Source of the DNA: a virus
DNA length: 64,000 nucleotides
IMG/VR virus record: IMGVR_UViG_3300029288_006769
Location: 250,367 to 314,366 of that record
Strand: one strand, 5' to 3'
Shown here piece after piece: positions 29,323-39,167 of the stretch. Each line of letters begins with the position of its first letter. Within the stretch, counting starts at the first letter, position 1. The position numbers and the translations under genes are program-made. Below the pieces are notes generated by a model that did not search any database, was not told the DNA's origin, and saw nothing but the letters and a program-made list of their open reading frames with translations.

Positions 29323-31449
29323 TTATTCTTTCTCTATCGTAAAACCAAGATTTTCAAGACTGACATTAGGTTTCATGTTTGCTGGCAATTCAGGAATACT
29401 TTTACTTGTGCCATAAACAATCATTCTCCCATTTTCTGAATCTAATGTGTACATAACATTGTTTGGATCGACTTCAAGTTGCATTCGTTGTACATTCATT
29501 TCTAATGCTTTTGCTGCATTATCTTTTGTCGGGTCTGTTTTTTCTGGGGTTTTTATAGTACCTATAGGGTCATATTGCAAACCATACCCATAGGTAATGT
29601 ATGGTTCAGCTCCTACCTGTCCTATAACTTCATACTGGTCGTAATCTGTTATCTGAAATTCACCGTCTTTATTAGGTGTCACAGATGTATTAGCATAGGT
29701 TTGCCATGTTCCAAATTTTTCTTTTGATTTTAAATCTGTAGTAAAAATAGGTTCGACAATAGTCACATGTTCTTTTGCTCTTGGTGTACAAATAGAAGGC
29801 ATAGAAACTTGTTTTACGAAATTATTTGTATCATTAGGCTCTGCTATAGAATCCCCAACAATAACAACTTGTTCATCTTTTATCTCGCCTACATTTCTAA
29901 AAATTGAGTTCTTATTTTGTTTTTTTGTTCTTTCAGCTACAAGAGTTAATGTTGTCGTAAAAGTTCCACCAAATGTGAATCTATTTTCGATTCCTTTTAT
30001 ATAATAAAAAGCATCTCTTGAAGGTATGAAAACAGGGTACCCTAGCCGTAATTCTGGGCGTCCCATTATTGTTACAGAACCTTGTCTGATAAGCGCATTT
30101 TGTCTAGCTAATTCAGCTCTTCCCCAAAACACACATTGTTCTGCAGAATGTAACCAGTTCATGCTTCTCTGCACCATTCTTTCTCCAAATTGTAGAGAAA
30201 GATACGGATCTCTAGCTGTTCCATTAGTGATTTCTTGATATCCCGAAACATTCGCCAGAGTACCTGTAACATCAACACGTGTTATTACTTCAGATTCGCT
30301 TTGTATAAAATTCCAATTTATAATGTCCAAATCATGTATAATTGAGTTCATATTTTTTCTAACATCAAGATTATAAAATGGGAGCTTGAAAACAAGTTCG
30401 CCATTTACATCCATAAAAAATTCATAATGTATAGTCTCCTTCAATTCATTTGCTATTTCTAATTGACTTTTCTTTTCACTCTTTGCAATGGAAGGAGCTT
30501 GAGGAAAGCTTTGATAGACAATAGTATTAGATCCGAACATTCCTTGTAATTTCTCATTTTTTGTTTTGTCATCATAAGTCAATAGTTTAAAAACATCAAT
30601 ATCCATACGTTTTGTTTCAGGCCGAACTTGCAAAGCATAAATTTTTAAATGAGCACCAACTTCATTTAAACGTTTTGACCAATAGTACATCATTTCTTTT
30701 GTTGCAGCACTATCTCTTGCTTCACCCGAAACTTGAACTGTCTGATCTTTAGAATACAAATAATCACTAATAGGAGCCATTTGCAACATTGATGCTGTTG
30801 ACAAAGCATTAAGAATCTCGGGTATGGTTTGTCCAGAAAAAAGATTACTAAATATAGTTAGATATCTACCATTTGCTTTTACAGTTTTTCCTTCAAGAAA
30901 TTTTCTAATATCTTCATCGTTCATACCCATCTGACCTAATTGTGCTTTCAGATCTGTTTGTGTGCCCATAATTGACGGGTTGATTGATGCTAATGTTATT
31001 TGCCACCATCGCAAAATATCAGCACAAGAAACTGAAATTGTATGTACACCATCACCATAATTTTCTGTCAAAGCTGTCACAACACCCCAGAAAGCTCTAT
31101 AATAAGGAAATTTTTTCTCTCCATTGACTTCTTTCAAAAATCTGCCTCTGAAATAAATCTCTACTTCAGACATAATTTTCAAATTTGAATATTTTGAAAC
31201 ACCAGAAGTCAATGTTCTATATCTTCCGCCTCTATGTTCAGGATAAGAAATCGTAAAACTTGCTGTTCCTGGGACAGAATCTGTGCTCAAACTCGTATTT
31301 ATTTCAGTAATGTCTTGACGAATATCGAATTTCCCGCCCGAAGGATCTGTCAATAAATTAGAACCATTTATAAAAACTAAAGCATCAGGAGCAAGTTGTA
31401 CAGTTTCAGGTTGCCTGTAAAAATCATTAAGAGAGCTTTGTGAACTCAT
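29323..31449 (-). CDS. Baseplate hub-like protein (708 aa)
   Basis: Sits between the tube-initiator-like paralogs and the spike. No diagnostic motif recognised. Confidence 0.45.
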   Translation of the reverse strand: MSSQSSLNDFYRQPETVQLAPDALVFINGSNLLTDPSGGKFDIRQDITEINTSLSTDSVPGTASFTISYPEHRGGRYRTLTSGVSKYSNLKIMSEVEIYFRGRFLKEVNGEKKFPYYRAFWGVVTALTENYGDGVHTISVSCADILRWWQITLASINPSIMGTQTDLKAQLGQMGMNDEDIRKFLEGKTVKANGRYLTIFSNLFSGQTIPEILNALSTASMLQMAPISDYLYSKDQTVQVSGEARDSAATKEMMYYWSKRLNEVGAHLKIYALQVRPETKRMDIDVFKLLTYDDKTKNEKLQGMFGSNTIVYQSFPQAPSIAKSEKKSQLEIANELKETIHYEFFMDVNGELVFKLPFYNLDVRKNMNSIIHDLDIINWNFIQSESEVITRVDVTGTLANVSGYQEITNGTARDPYLSLQFGERMVQRSMNWLHSAEQCVFWGRAELARQNALIRQGSVTIMGRPELRLGYPVFIPSRDAFYYIKGIENRFTFGGTFTTTLTLVAERTKKQNKNSIFRNVGEIKDEQVVIVGDSIAEPNDTNNFVKQVSMPSICTPRAKEHVTIVEPIFTTDLKSKEKFGTWQTYANTSVTPNKDGEFQITDYDQYEVIGQVGAEPYITYGYGLQYDPIGTIKTPEKTDPTKDNAAKALEMNVQRMQLEVDPNNVMYTLDSENGRMIVYGTSKSIPELPANMKPNVSLENLGFTIEKE

Positions 31450-31457
31450 AATTGCCT

Positions 31458-32000
31458 TTATCTTATTTGTTCAACGTTAAAAGTCTTAGTCACTTTAAAT
31501 TCAAAAGTAAAATCTAAATTGAAAGGCATTGCGTCGTTCTCTGATAAAGAAAAAGCGATAAAATGTCCTCTATACAAAAAACCATTATAATTCAAGACAA
31601 CCCTACCAACCGACTCTATTGTACAAGGATTTATTGCACCATCTGGTTTTGAATTTCTATTAGTACCATTATTCCTATAAATAGCTAAAAGTTTTGCAAT
31701 ATTTTCATAAGCTAATGTTTTTGTTCTATCAATTCTTGTAATACCTTTTTCTTCTGAAATAAACATGGCTGTCTTACCAGAAGCTGAAAGAACATCAAGT
31801 TCATCATGTTGTCCTTGAAAAATATAAGGTATATTAGTACCTGTCCATCGCACTCGTTGTTCAGTAACCTTTGGAACATATCTTATTTCTAAAGACGTAG
31901 GATTAATAAGCAATGTCAATGGAGGAGGAGGATCATTGATATCAAGTTCAAAAACCATAGGTTTTACATTAAGTCGTCTTACTGTTGTTCTTCTAGACAT
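31458..32000 (-). CDS. Tail tube initiator/baseplate-tube-like protein, paralog A (180 aa)
   Basis: Tandem paralog of 31993..32535 (shared 'L(T)(M/L)LINP(T/S)(S/N)L(E/D)I.Y.P...E.R......SASGKTAMF...MPFNL(D/E)(F/Y).F.FK'). Lies immediately downstream of the tape measure gene, as T4 gp48/gp54-type proteins do. Confidence 0.55.
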   Translation of the reverse strand: MSRRTTVRRLNVKPMVFELDINDPPPPLTLLINPTSLEIRYVPKVTEQRVRWTGTNIPYIFQGQHDELDVLSASGKTAMFISEEKGITRIDRTKTLAYENIAKLLAIYRNNGTNRNSKPDGAINPCTIESVGRVVLNYNGFLYRGHFIAFSLSENDAMPFNLDFTFEFKVTKTFNVEQIR

Positions 32001-32535
32001 AAGCGTTTTTCGTCACTGATAATTGTCCTAAAATTTTCATTGCTTTAAAACTAAAAGAATATTCAAGATTAAAAGGCATCGATGCATCTTCAGTATATGT
32101 AAAAGATTCAAAATAACCATCATATTGATTGCCGTCATATATCATTATTACAATTCCTAAACTTGCTATTTTTGAAGGATTTGCTCTTGCGGCTGCATTC
32201 AAATTTATACCTGAAAAGTATCCTTTGCCATTATTTTTGTAGATGTTTAATAATGACATGAAATATTGGTAAGCTTCTGTTTGTCTTGATTTTTGTGTTG
32301 TCAAACCCTCTTCACTATCTACAAACATTGCAGTTTTACCCGAGGCTGACAATGTAGTTAAACTTTCACCCCAGTACTCATGTGCAAAACCTCCAAGTGT
32401 TCTTGTTTCCGTAATAAGTGGTGAATAAGTGATATCAAGATTTGATGGATTTATAAGCATTGTCAAAGAAGGAATTTTAGCATCACCTCTGATACTCCAT
32501 GAAATGGGAACAGGTACCTGTTTTGCAGTTTTCAT
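31993..32535 (-). CDS. Tail tube initiator/baseplate-tube-like protein, paralog B (180 aa)
   Basis: See paralog A. Overlaps the tape measure stop by 4 nt. Confidence 0.55.
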   Translation of the reverse strand: MKTAKQVPVPISWSIRGDAKIPSLTMLINPSNLDITYSPLITETRTLGGFAHEYWGESLTTLSASGKTAMFVDSEEGLTTQKSRQTEAYQYFMSLLNIYKNNGKGYFSGINLNAAARANPSKIASLGIVIMIYDGNQYDGYFESFTYTEDASMPFNLEYSFSFKAMKILGQLSVTKNAYV

Positions 32536-35500
32536 TTGAGTTTATCCGAATAAAGTGCGTTCAAAACAATTTGTTCTACTTGACGTCTATCATTCTGATT
32601 GACATAGATATTGATAACTCTATTATCATTTACTGTTTGACCAGATCCTGCACCTTTCCAGACATTTTCTGGGATAACCATTTCACCAGAATTGAGCCCT
32701 GCTAAAACTTTATCCCCAGTATAATTGTTGCCTGGAACTATACCTCCCTTTGCCATACCCATCATTGATGCAGTAGCTATGGTTTCAGTTTGGCTTAAAG
32801 GAACAGGTTTAGGAGCACCAGTAGTTTGAAATGTAACACCAAGTCCTGCTTTATTTTTAGATAAACCAGCAGCTAAAGCATCACCAATATTTGTAAGATT
32901 TGCACTTACTTTACCTTTTGTTTCTAATTCTTTTCTTTGTGCTTCTTGATTTTCTTGATATCTTTGCAATGTATTTGAAGATTTATTTAAAAAATCAAGT
33001 TCTTTTGAAATTTCTTCCATTCTAGCTTTTTCTTCGGGCGTCTTGTCTTTCTTCTCATTAAGAACTTCTAATTCATAAGTCAAATCGCTTTGTTGTTTTT
33101 CTACATTAGCACTAAATTGTCCAATTGCTTCAGAATTTTTTGAAAGTACATCAAATTGTTTTTCAGTATTTCCCAATTGGCCTTTAAAAGCTATGCTAAA
33201 CAAACTTGTCAATTTTTCAATTGTAACAAAAATATTTCTCAATAATTTTGATACAGTATTATTTAAAGCATCTTCCATATTTTTTGTTTGTCTCATTGCT
33301 TCAATACCAGCACGTTTTGCTTGTCTTTTTTGTTCGTCTTTTGCTGCTTGCTTTTGGGCATCAGTCATTGATTTGAAATTAACATCCAAAGAAGAAAGAA
33401 TATCGCCAAGAGCAGCAGCTACAATATTGTTGTCTTCACCAAAATCTTTTCCCAAATCAGTAGCAAGAGTTGGAAACTGTTGTTTCAAAATTGCTTGTAT
33501 CTTTTTAAGGTCTCGCCCTTTTCCTTGAATTTTCTTAAGTTCTTCTGTCAACTTGGATGCTCTATCTTGTTGATTCTCAGTGTTTGTGAGAATCTCAATA
33601 ATACCTTTTGAATCGAATTGATCTCTTGTGTCGAAAGCTTGTTTAAGTTTCTTACTATTATCTGCCATGTTCGATGCAAGACTTCTCATTGTCTCTACGA
33701 CTTCAGGGTCAAATCCAAATTGAGCTCCAATGATTTTCATGCTAAGGGCACCTTGTTCTATAGCTTTTCTGACTTGTTCTATAGGACCAGTAATATTTGC
33801 ACCTGTAGCCTTTTTAATTAAAAAACCCATTTGCATTTGAAATTGCTCTTTTGCATCCATCATCAAAGCACGTTCCATCTCAGCATTGTATCCTTTGAGA
33901 GCATCAGTGTTCTGCAACATTCTCTTTTGAGATTCAAGTAAGTCTCTTTGTTTTCGTTTTTCATTAAGTTCTTCTACTTTAGCGTCTTTATCAGCTCCCT
34001 CTTTCATTCCTTTTGTTTGTGTCTCTAATGATGCTTCTTCATCTCTTAATCTCTTTATTCTAGAATCTGCATCTCTTATTCGTTTTTCATAGAATTTTGC
34101 CCAAATTTCGTTACCTTTTCCCATACGATAAATTGTTATCTGAGATGCTGCATCTAAATCTTTAAAACTTTTAATAATTTTTCCTGCAGCACTTGTAGCA
34201 GCAGCTTCTGGAAGTTTCATATTCTTTACTAAACCAGAAAATAAACTGCTTACTTCATCAATTCTTCTACCATACAAACCTAAACCGGTCCCTGCATTGA
34301 GCACTTTATCAAAGAAAATAGATGTTGTAATTCCTGCTTTCGCAGCATCTTTCTGCATCTGTACAAAACTTGTACCTATTTCAGACAAACTCATACCGAA
34401 TTCAGCTCTTAAATTACCAGCACTACTAGCAACCTCAGTAATCTCCATACCTAAAGTTGTTGCTATACCCATGAAATCTTCAAGATTTCTCAATGATGAT
34501 GTCAGTCTAAATCCAGCCTTTGAAAAATCATTCAGATATCCAATAGCTTGATCCATAGAAATACCAAGAGACCAAGCCCATTTTTCTGTTTGTTTTCTCA
34601 TATGCTCTATATTGCTATCAGCAAGTTCTTTTGTCCCTTTTCTCACATCATCAAATGCTCGTCCTGCTGTATTAGTATTAGCAGCCATAGCAAGAACTTG
34701 TTTTCTTGCTGTTTTTATTTGTTTTTCCACAGCCATAATTGTTTGAAGTACACCAACGAATGTGAACAAACCAGCCAAAGGAGCAAGAACCGCGCCCAAC
34801 AACTTAAAAGCAGCCCCCATACCTTTAGCAGCAACCACACCAGTCTCCCCAAATGTAGCTACAGCTTTTGTTGGTATTCCTTTTTTGAATACTTTAAATG
34901 CATCAACAAGGCCGCCTAAGTTTTTCCGTTGTTGTAAAGTTTGTCGTATATAAGCTTTGTTTATTTCATTTTGTTCTTTTGCTCTTCTCACTGTCATCGA
35001 AATAGATTCGCTTTCAAGCCTCTTGATCTCTTCTTGTCTATTTGCTATCATTCGTAACTTGTCACCTTCAAGTTTCAGCAGACCCATCTTCGCTCGTATT
35101 TCTTCATTTGAAGCTTGCTCATCCAAAACTAATTTTTCAAGTTCACTTCTTATCTTCATCACTTGTTGTGCTTGTCTATTGAACATAGATGAAATTGCTT
35201 TGTTCCAATTTTGCATGTCCCCTTGTTCTTCTAGAATTTCTCCCATTACTCTGTTCATCAGGTTGACAGCATCATTTTCAGTTTTTGTTTCAGCAACAAG
35301 TTTATTTTCAAGACCAAGAATTTCATTTAATCTAGTACTTCTCTCATCTAATCTTGTTTTAATGTCATCCAATTGACTTAACATTGTAGAATTATCTTTT
35401 TCTGTATTCTCCGAAATTATTTCGAATTGATCTCGTAAGTCTTCTATCTGACTTACAGTCTCTTCAAAACTAGTTCTTGCAGCAGTACCTAATGAACCAG

Positions 35501-36233
35501 ATATTTCATTGGATGATCTCAAGATTTCATCAAAGTTCTTAGCCACTCCTCTTGTTGTGTCATCAATTTTCTTATAGTCATCATTCATTTTTTGAACTGT
35601 CTGACGTATCTCTTCTATTTTGTCAGCTGTCTTAGTCATGAATGGAACAGACAATGTACCATCTTTAGGAGCAGATTTCAATTGGTTGGTTACTCTTGTC
35701 AAATCTCCCTTAATTTTTGTCCAAGATTTTGATAATTCTAATGTAGAATTCTTCATCTTGTCTTTATCTGCAACAAGCTTTTTCTCAATAGAAGATGCTT
35801 CAGCAAGTAAATTGTTATATGCTTTTGATCTATCAAGAATCGTATCATGTCTATTTTCCATTGCATCAAGTTCAGAAACTACATTCCCGAATTCTTTCAC
35901 TAAATTGCTAATTTCTCCCGAATCAAAACCTGAAATACTTTTAGAAGCACTTTCAATAAGCTGAACAGCATTTGAAAGCCTTTCCATTTCTTTTCTCGGG
36001 AACAATTCGATCTTTGCAAGTGTAGACAATTTTTGCATTGTCTTAGGAATGGCAGACATCATTTCAAAATATTGTTTTTCAAGTACTGTATTTTTTTTCA
36101 ATGACTTATTGAAATCTTCAACAGTCCCTGGCAATTTAGACATTTCAACAAAATATTTTTGAAGCTTTTTTAGAGCTTCATCTATATTCGATTGAATCTC
36201 AAACTGACTTACATATTTTCTCTTGTCTGCCAT
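32532..36233 (-). CDS. Tail tape measure protein (1233 aa)
   Basis: Extremely coiled-coil and charged (E/K/Q-rich heptads) with internal hydrophobic/Gly-rich segments ('VVAAKGMGAAFKLLGAVLAPLAGLFTFVGVL'). Located between the chaperone-like ORFs and the baseplate genes. Confidence 0.8.
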   Translation of the reverse strand: MADKRKYVSQFEIQSNIDEALKKLQKYFVEMSKLPGTVEDFNKSLKKNTVLEKQYFEMMSAIPKTMQKLSTLAKIELFPRKEMERLSNAVQLIESASKSISGFDSGEISNLVKEFGNVVSELDAMENRHDTILDRSKAYNNLLAEASSIEKKLVADKDKMKNSTLELSKSWTKIKGDLTRVTNQLKSAPKDGTLSVPFMTKTADKIEEIRQTVQKMNDDYKKIDDTTRGVAKNFDEILRSSNEISGSLGTAARTSFEETVSQIEDLRDQFEIISENTEKDNSTMLSQLDDIKTRLDERSTRLNEILGLENKLVAETKTENDAVNLMNRVMGEILEEQGDMQNWNKAISSMFNRQAQQVMKIRSELEKLVLDEQASNEEIRAKMGLLKLEGDKLRMIANRQEEIKRLESESISMTVRRAKEQNEINKAYIRQTLQQRKNLGGLVDAFKVFKKGIPTKAVATFGETGVVAAKGMGAAFKLLGAVLAPLAGLFTFVGVLQTIMAVEKQIKTARKQVLAMAANTNTAGRAFDDVRKGTKELADSNIEHMRKQTEKWAWSLGISMDQAIGYLNDFSKAGFRLTSSLRNLEDFMGIATTLGMEITEVASSAGNLRAEFGMSLSEIGTSFVQMQKDAAKAGITTSIFFDKVLNAGTGLGLYGRRIDEVSSLFSGLVKNMKLPEAAATSAAGKIIKSFKDLDAASQITIYRMGKGNEIWAKFYEKRIRDADSRIKRLRDEEASLETQTKGMKEGADKDAKVEELNEKRKQRDLLESQKRMLQNTDALKGYNAEMERALMMDAKEQFQMQMGFLIKKATGANITGPIEQVRKAIEQGALSMKIIGAQFGFDPEVVETMRSLASNMADNSKKLKQAFDTRDQFDSKGIIEILTNTENQQDRASKLTEELKKIQGKGRDLKKIQAILKQQFPTLATDLGKDFGEDNNIVAAALGDILSSLDVNFKSMTDAQKQAAKDEQKRQAKRAGIEAMRQTKNMEDALNNTVSKLLRNIFVTIEKLTSLFSIAFKGQLGNTEKQFDVLSKNSEAIGQFSANVEKQQSDLTYELEVLNEKKDKTPEEKARMEEISKELDFLNKSSNTLQRYQENQEAQRKELETKGKVSANLTNIGDALAAGLSKNKAGLGVTFQTTGAPKPVPLSQTETIATASMMGMAKGGIVPGNNYTGDKVLAGLNSGEMVIPENVWKGAGSGQTVNDNRVINIYVNQNDRRQVEQIVLNALYSDKLK

Positions 36234-36244
36234 TCTTCAACCCT

Positions 36245-36646
36245 TTATTCGATTAAACCTTTTTCTTTCAATTCTTTTTCAGCTACTTTTGTCAATGCTG
36301 ACCATTTTGAATACAAGAATGAAATGACATTTTCATCCCATGTACCAATGATTTTCTCAAGTTTAGACAATGTCTCGTTCTTTACTTGCTCTCTTTTGTC
36401 AGCATCAATCAAAGTCTCATACTCATCTAATCTTTGTTCATTGACAGCTCTAATCGCATATTTCAAAGTTTCAGATTTTAACTTCAAAAAATATGCATTA
36501 CCTACCATCTCCGCACAGGCTGCAAAAACATAGCCTTCTTGTTCAGAATCTAAGGTAGATAATAAAAGTTTAAGACTATTGATGTCAACAATTTCAGTTT
36601 TTTTCCCTAGTTTAGAAAGTTCACTCAGTGCTGCAAATGCATCCAT
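36245..36646 (-). CDS. Tail assembly chaperone-like protein (133 aa)
   Basis: Immediately upstream of the tape measure gene. AGGAGA SD. Helical acidic protein. The assignment is positional only. Confidence 0.4.
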   Translation of the reverse strand: MDAFAALSELSKLGKKTEIVDINSLKLLLSTLDSEQEGYVFAACAEMVGNAYFLKLKSETLKYAIRAVNEQRLDEYETLIDADKREQVKNETLSKLEKIIGTWDENVISFLYSKWSALTKVAEKELKEKGLIE

Positions 36647-36660
36647 TTTTTAAATCTCCT

Positions 36661-36894
36661 TTAATCTTTTTGATGTATTTCAGTTTCAAAAAAACTCTTC
36701 TCAGTTTCTAGTTCTGTAGGTATACCGGTTCTGTCTTGATAATCATAAATGGTTTGTAATGCAGCATCTCTATCTTTCAAAGTTTGTCGCATTCTGTCTT
36801 TTGTACTTTGTTCATCTTCTGTTTTTTTCTTCTCTCCAATACTCTGTCTAAGAACATTTGATTTTTCACCAACAATTAAATCTAGTTCATCCAT
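36661..36894 (-). CDS. Small acidic protein (77 aa), possible chaperone partner
   Basis: Its stop is directly followed by the SD and ATG of the next ORF. No frameshift signal found. Confidence 0.4.
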   Translation of the reverse strand: MDELDLIVGEKSNVLRQSIGEKKKTEDEQSTKDRMRQTLKDRDAALQTIYDYQDRTGIPTELETEKSFFETEIHQKD

Positions 36895-36921
36895 ACTTGC
36901 TCCTTTTAGTTAATATTAATC

Positions 36922-38376
36922 TTACTCAAACTTCATTACGTCTAAGTCTGGTTCTATATTTCTACGTTGTATTGTCTGTCTTACTCTTTCATTTTTTTCT
37001 TTTTTTTGCTTCATCAAATCTACACCTTGGATATTCACATTCATTACAGCAGCCTTCTCGGCTGCTGTTTTAATAGGTTCTATTTCACTATTAGAATCAG
37101 CTAGACCTTGGCTAGCATCATTTAGTTGTTCATCTATAGTATCAGGTTCATGAACAATTTCTTGGTCACTAGTACTATCTTGTCCCGATAAACTTTTTAG
37201 AAAACGATCAGCCTCGCCTTCAACGTCTATTTGTTCTGCCATTACTTCATCAAATGCATCTTCTTTTTCTTTTCGAGAAACAGCTGCAAAATCCTTCATA
37301 TTGATTACATCAAGATAACTAAATTCATCATGAAAGAATCCTTGCTTCTTATCTTCTTCAAGTTGTATTTTCATGGCTTCATTTTCGATCAATGATAGTT
37401 GTTCAAATTCTATACCCCTTCTTGCACTTACTTCTCTTTGAACTAAAACTTCTTTGCGCTTCTCGCGCAAAAAGTTTTTTAAAGACTCTATTTCGCTTTT
37501 TCGAACAATACGATCATGTTCATCTACAATTTCACCATTTAGAGTTCTTTCCATCAAAATATTTATTCTTGCTTCATATTCATCATCAGTCTCTTCTTGT
37601 TGTCTTTCCATAGCTGAAAAAACATCATTTGAATCTACAAATTGTTGCACAACAGTTCCTTCAAGCTCTTCAACAATTCTTTGTTTTATTTTATCTTCAT
37701 TTTCTTCAAGCTGTTCGACAACAGTTTTTCTACTTCTTGCTTTTTTGTACCCTTTAGGATTTATAAAAGCGCATATCGAATTCGTCATATATTCAGTTTT
37801 TGTCCATTGTTTCTTTTCTTCTTCAAATGAATCTTTGAAAACATTTGTGACAATCCAGTAAAATTGATATTGATTAAGTAAACGTATCGAAAAGGGATCA
37901 GTTATACGACTACAAGTCTTAAAAATCGCCCACATGTTTCTAGATTCTTTTGACTCAACATAAAAATCAATAAATTTAGATGATTCGGCTATTTCTTCAT
38001 CAATCTTTTGATATTCATCATATAGTTTTAGAATTATTCTTGAATTCAATTTACGGAATAATTGATCATGTTTTTGTTGTTTGAACTCGAGACCATTGAC
38101 ATACTGAATAGAATAAGACAGAATATCAAGCATAAGAATCATATTGTACTTATTAGAAAGATATCTGTATTTTCTTGAAATACCTTCTCTTTCTTTTGCT
38201 GTCAAAGAACGTATCGTAAAATGATATCCTGCTGTTTCTACTTCTCGAACTATAAAAGAATCGAAAATTAGATTTGCAATAATCTCAAAATCATGCTTAG
38301 TTACTTTTCTAGCAGCACTCACTAGCATAACTCCCAAAAAAAATTTTTTTAAAAAACTAGAAGATGACTTCAACAC
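36922..38376 (-). CDS. Highly charged coiled-coil protein (484 aa); tail assembly/scaffold-like; apparent GTG start
   Basis: E/K-rich with acidic tracts. Positioned between the tube and chaperone ORFs. The codon at 38376 is GTG, preceded by AGAGGAGA. Confidence 0.5.
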   Translation of the reverse strand: MLKSSSSFLKKFFLGVMLVSAARKVTKHDFEIIANLIFDSFIVREVETAGYHFTIRSLTAKEREGISRKYRYLSNKYNMILMLDILSYSIQYVNGLEFKQQKHDQLFRKLNSRIILKLYDEYQKIDEEIAESSKFIDFYVESKESRNMWAIFKTCSRITDPFSIRLLNQYQFYWIVTNVFKDSFEEEKKQWTKTEYMTNSICAFINPKGYKKARSRKTVVEQLEENEDKIKQRIVEELEGTVVQQFVDSNDVFSAMERQQEETDDEYEARINILMERTLNGEIVDEHDRIVRKSEIESLKNFLREKRKEVLVQREVSARRGIEFEQLSLIENEAMKIQLEEDKKQGFFHDEFSYLDVINMKDFAAVSRKEKEDAFDEVMAEQIDVEGEADRFLKSLSGQDSTSDQEIVHEPDTIDEQLNDASQGLADSNSEIEPIKTAAEKAAVMNVNIQGVDLMKQKKEKNERVRQTIQRRNIEPDLDVMKFE

Positions 38377-38429
38377 TCTCCTCTGAACTGCACAGAGTCA
38401 ATGAGTATTGTGAAGAAATGCAGTTGAAG

Positions 38430-38448
38430 GCGGGGGAGTAGCCCCCGC
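38430..38448 (-). terminator. Perfect 7-bp GC stem-loop (GCGGGGG-AGTAG-CCCCCGC) just downstream of the tube gene; it lacks a U-tract (attenuator or processing site?)
   Basis: Read directly from the sequence. Lies in the 78-bp intergenic region between the tube stop (38455) and the next start (38376). Confidence 0.4.
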
Positions 38449-38454
38449 ACAAAC

Positions 38455-39072
38455 TTATACTACTTGACCAGAAGCATTACCTCTCATCGAGCCTTTATTA
38501 CTTTCATAGAAATCTGTCGACTTATATGCATCTTTATTTGCATATACATCAGAAATCTGGCAAGTCATATCCTGTGTAACTGATGTTGCACCAATATCAA
38601 AAGTCTTTGCAAAATCTGACATCCAGCAACCTTCATACCATGTTTTGATAACTTTTACATCACCGTCATCGGTTGCTCCAGCCTTTGCTTGTCCTTTGAT
38701 ATAATCAGGAATAAGAATCGTCTCATAGACATCAAACGGCCATTGATGATGTTTTAGAGAGCGAATCATACCTGAACTTCCAGCTTTATAACCAAAAAGC
38801 TGTTGAATATCTCTGAGATACATCATCATGACTGTTGCTGTGGCTGAAAGATCAGTTACACCAACTGCAAGTTCAGCTATCTGATCCCCAAAACCGATGC
38901 CACGTACTGGTTCGACAGCTCTTGTGTCAGTCGGGTTCCAAGTCTGAATCAATCCTATTGGTTGAACAGCTTGGTCATCTGCATCAATGCTAAATACACG
39001 TACTCTTTGGGGATTCAAGAGCCGAGTATTTGGCGACACACCTTCTCTATAAATATACGCTTGTCTTGCCAT
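38455..39072 (-). CDS. Tail tube protein (205 aa)
   Basis: Immediately downstream of the sheath gene, with the size and beta-rich composition typical of contractile-tail tube proteins. AAGGAG SD. Confidence 0.6.
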   Translation of the reverse strand: MARQAYIYREGVSPNTRLLNPQRVRVFSIDADDQAVQPIGLIQTWNPTDTRAVEPVRGIGFGDQIAELAVGVTDLSATATVMMMYLRDIQQLFGYKAGSSGMIRSLKHHQWPFDVYETILIPDYIKGQAKAGATDDGDVKVIKTWYEGCWMSDFAKTFDIGATSVTQDMTCQISDVYANKDAYKSTDFYESNKGSMRGNASGQVV

Positions 39073-39127
39073 AACTTATACTCCTTAGATTAGATTTCCT
39101 ATTTCTTCATTCTATAAACACTTTATT

Positions 39128-39159
39128 AAATTGAGCGCCCAGTATTGAGCGCTCAATTT
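39128..39159. promoter_or_regulatory. Palindromic element between the sheath and tube genes: 11-bp stem 'AAATTGAGCGC'/'GCGCTCAATTT' with a 10-nt loop, containing a 14-bp perfect palindrome ATTGAGCGCTCAAT (39144-39157) plus an upstream direct half-site copy
   Basis: Read directly from the sequence. Could be an attenuating hairpin, an RNase III site or an operator. Confidence 0.45.
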
Positions 39160-39167
39160 ACATCAAC

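Noticed and set aside
36245-36894. Possible -1 programmed frameshift (G/GT-type) between the 77-aa and 133-aa ORFs upstream of the tape measure gene
   Set aside because: The downstream frame has a TAA two codons before its ATG. The 77-aa ORF ends TAA-AGGAGA-N8-ATG, which is simple termination and reinitiation. No slippery heptamer sits in an overlap.
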